A DNA stretch of 64,000 bases from a virus. Numbering within the stretch: position 1 is the first letter of the stretch; the number at the start of each line of letters is the position of its first letter. Both the position numbers and the translations under genes were made by a program. The notes below the pieces were generated by a model. It was not told the DNA's origin, made no database searches, and saw only the letters and a program-made list of their open reading frames with translations. The DNA is taken from IMG/VR virus record IMGVR_UViG_3300044653_000098, positions 64,001-128,000 of that record; one strand, 5' to 3'. Below are positions 63,867-64,000 of this stretch, in pieces.

Positions 63867-64000
63867 GCGCGTAGTAGCTTCAGGGCGGCCCGGCGGGAAG
63901 GTGTGGTCCGGAGCAAATCTCCGGCACGGCATCAATGAGGGCCAGCATGAATCACACCCGCCGGGCCGCCCGATCACTTCTGCGTGACAGCCTGGGATCT

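Overview
GC-rich 64 kb segment of a large tailed phage, or phage-plasmid, of Actinomycetota. Evidence for a phage: holin-like gene, GH25 endolysin and head-module proteins at the right end. No integrase, CRISPR or rRNA is present. Order: (1) 1-3.2 kb compositionally distinct early region with repeated leader and operator motifs; (2) minus-strand actinomycete conjugation-type module (DUF2637/Spd-like, Arg/Gly-rich protein, TraB/FtsK translocase); (3) membrane genes including a minimal K+ channel; (4) replication/recombination block (SNF2 helicase, two sigma factors, split C5-MTase, DnaB, PolA, DnaX/HolA/HolB/DnaN, gp32-like SSB, RuvC, RecA, split SbcC plus SbcD, radical SAM); (5) NDP-sugar C-methylation and glycosyltransferase cluster; (6) 36 tRNA genes covering all 20 amino acids, interleaved with structured non-tRNA RNAs; (7) start of the virion-morphogenesis genes. 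The best candidate for an undescribed system is the tRNA locus. A sigma70 promoter drives a leaderless 32-codon leader peptide that uses 25 different codons (18 amino acids) and overlaps an antiterminator/terminator switch. This sits upstream of an array in which 12 tRNAs replace the near-invariant U33 with C33 and which contains a circularly permuted, anticodon-less tRNA. I read this as a putative translation-stress-induced tRNA rescue cassette. All calls are by eye from motifs; no database searches or folding programs were run.
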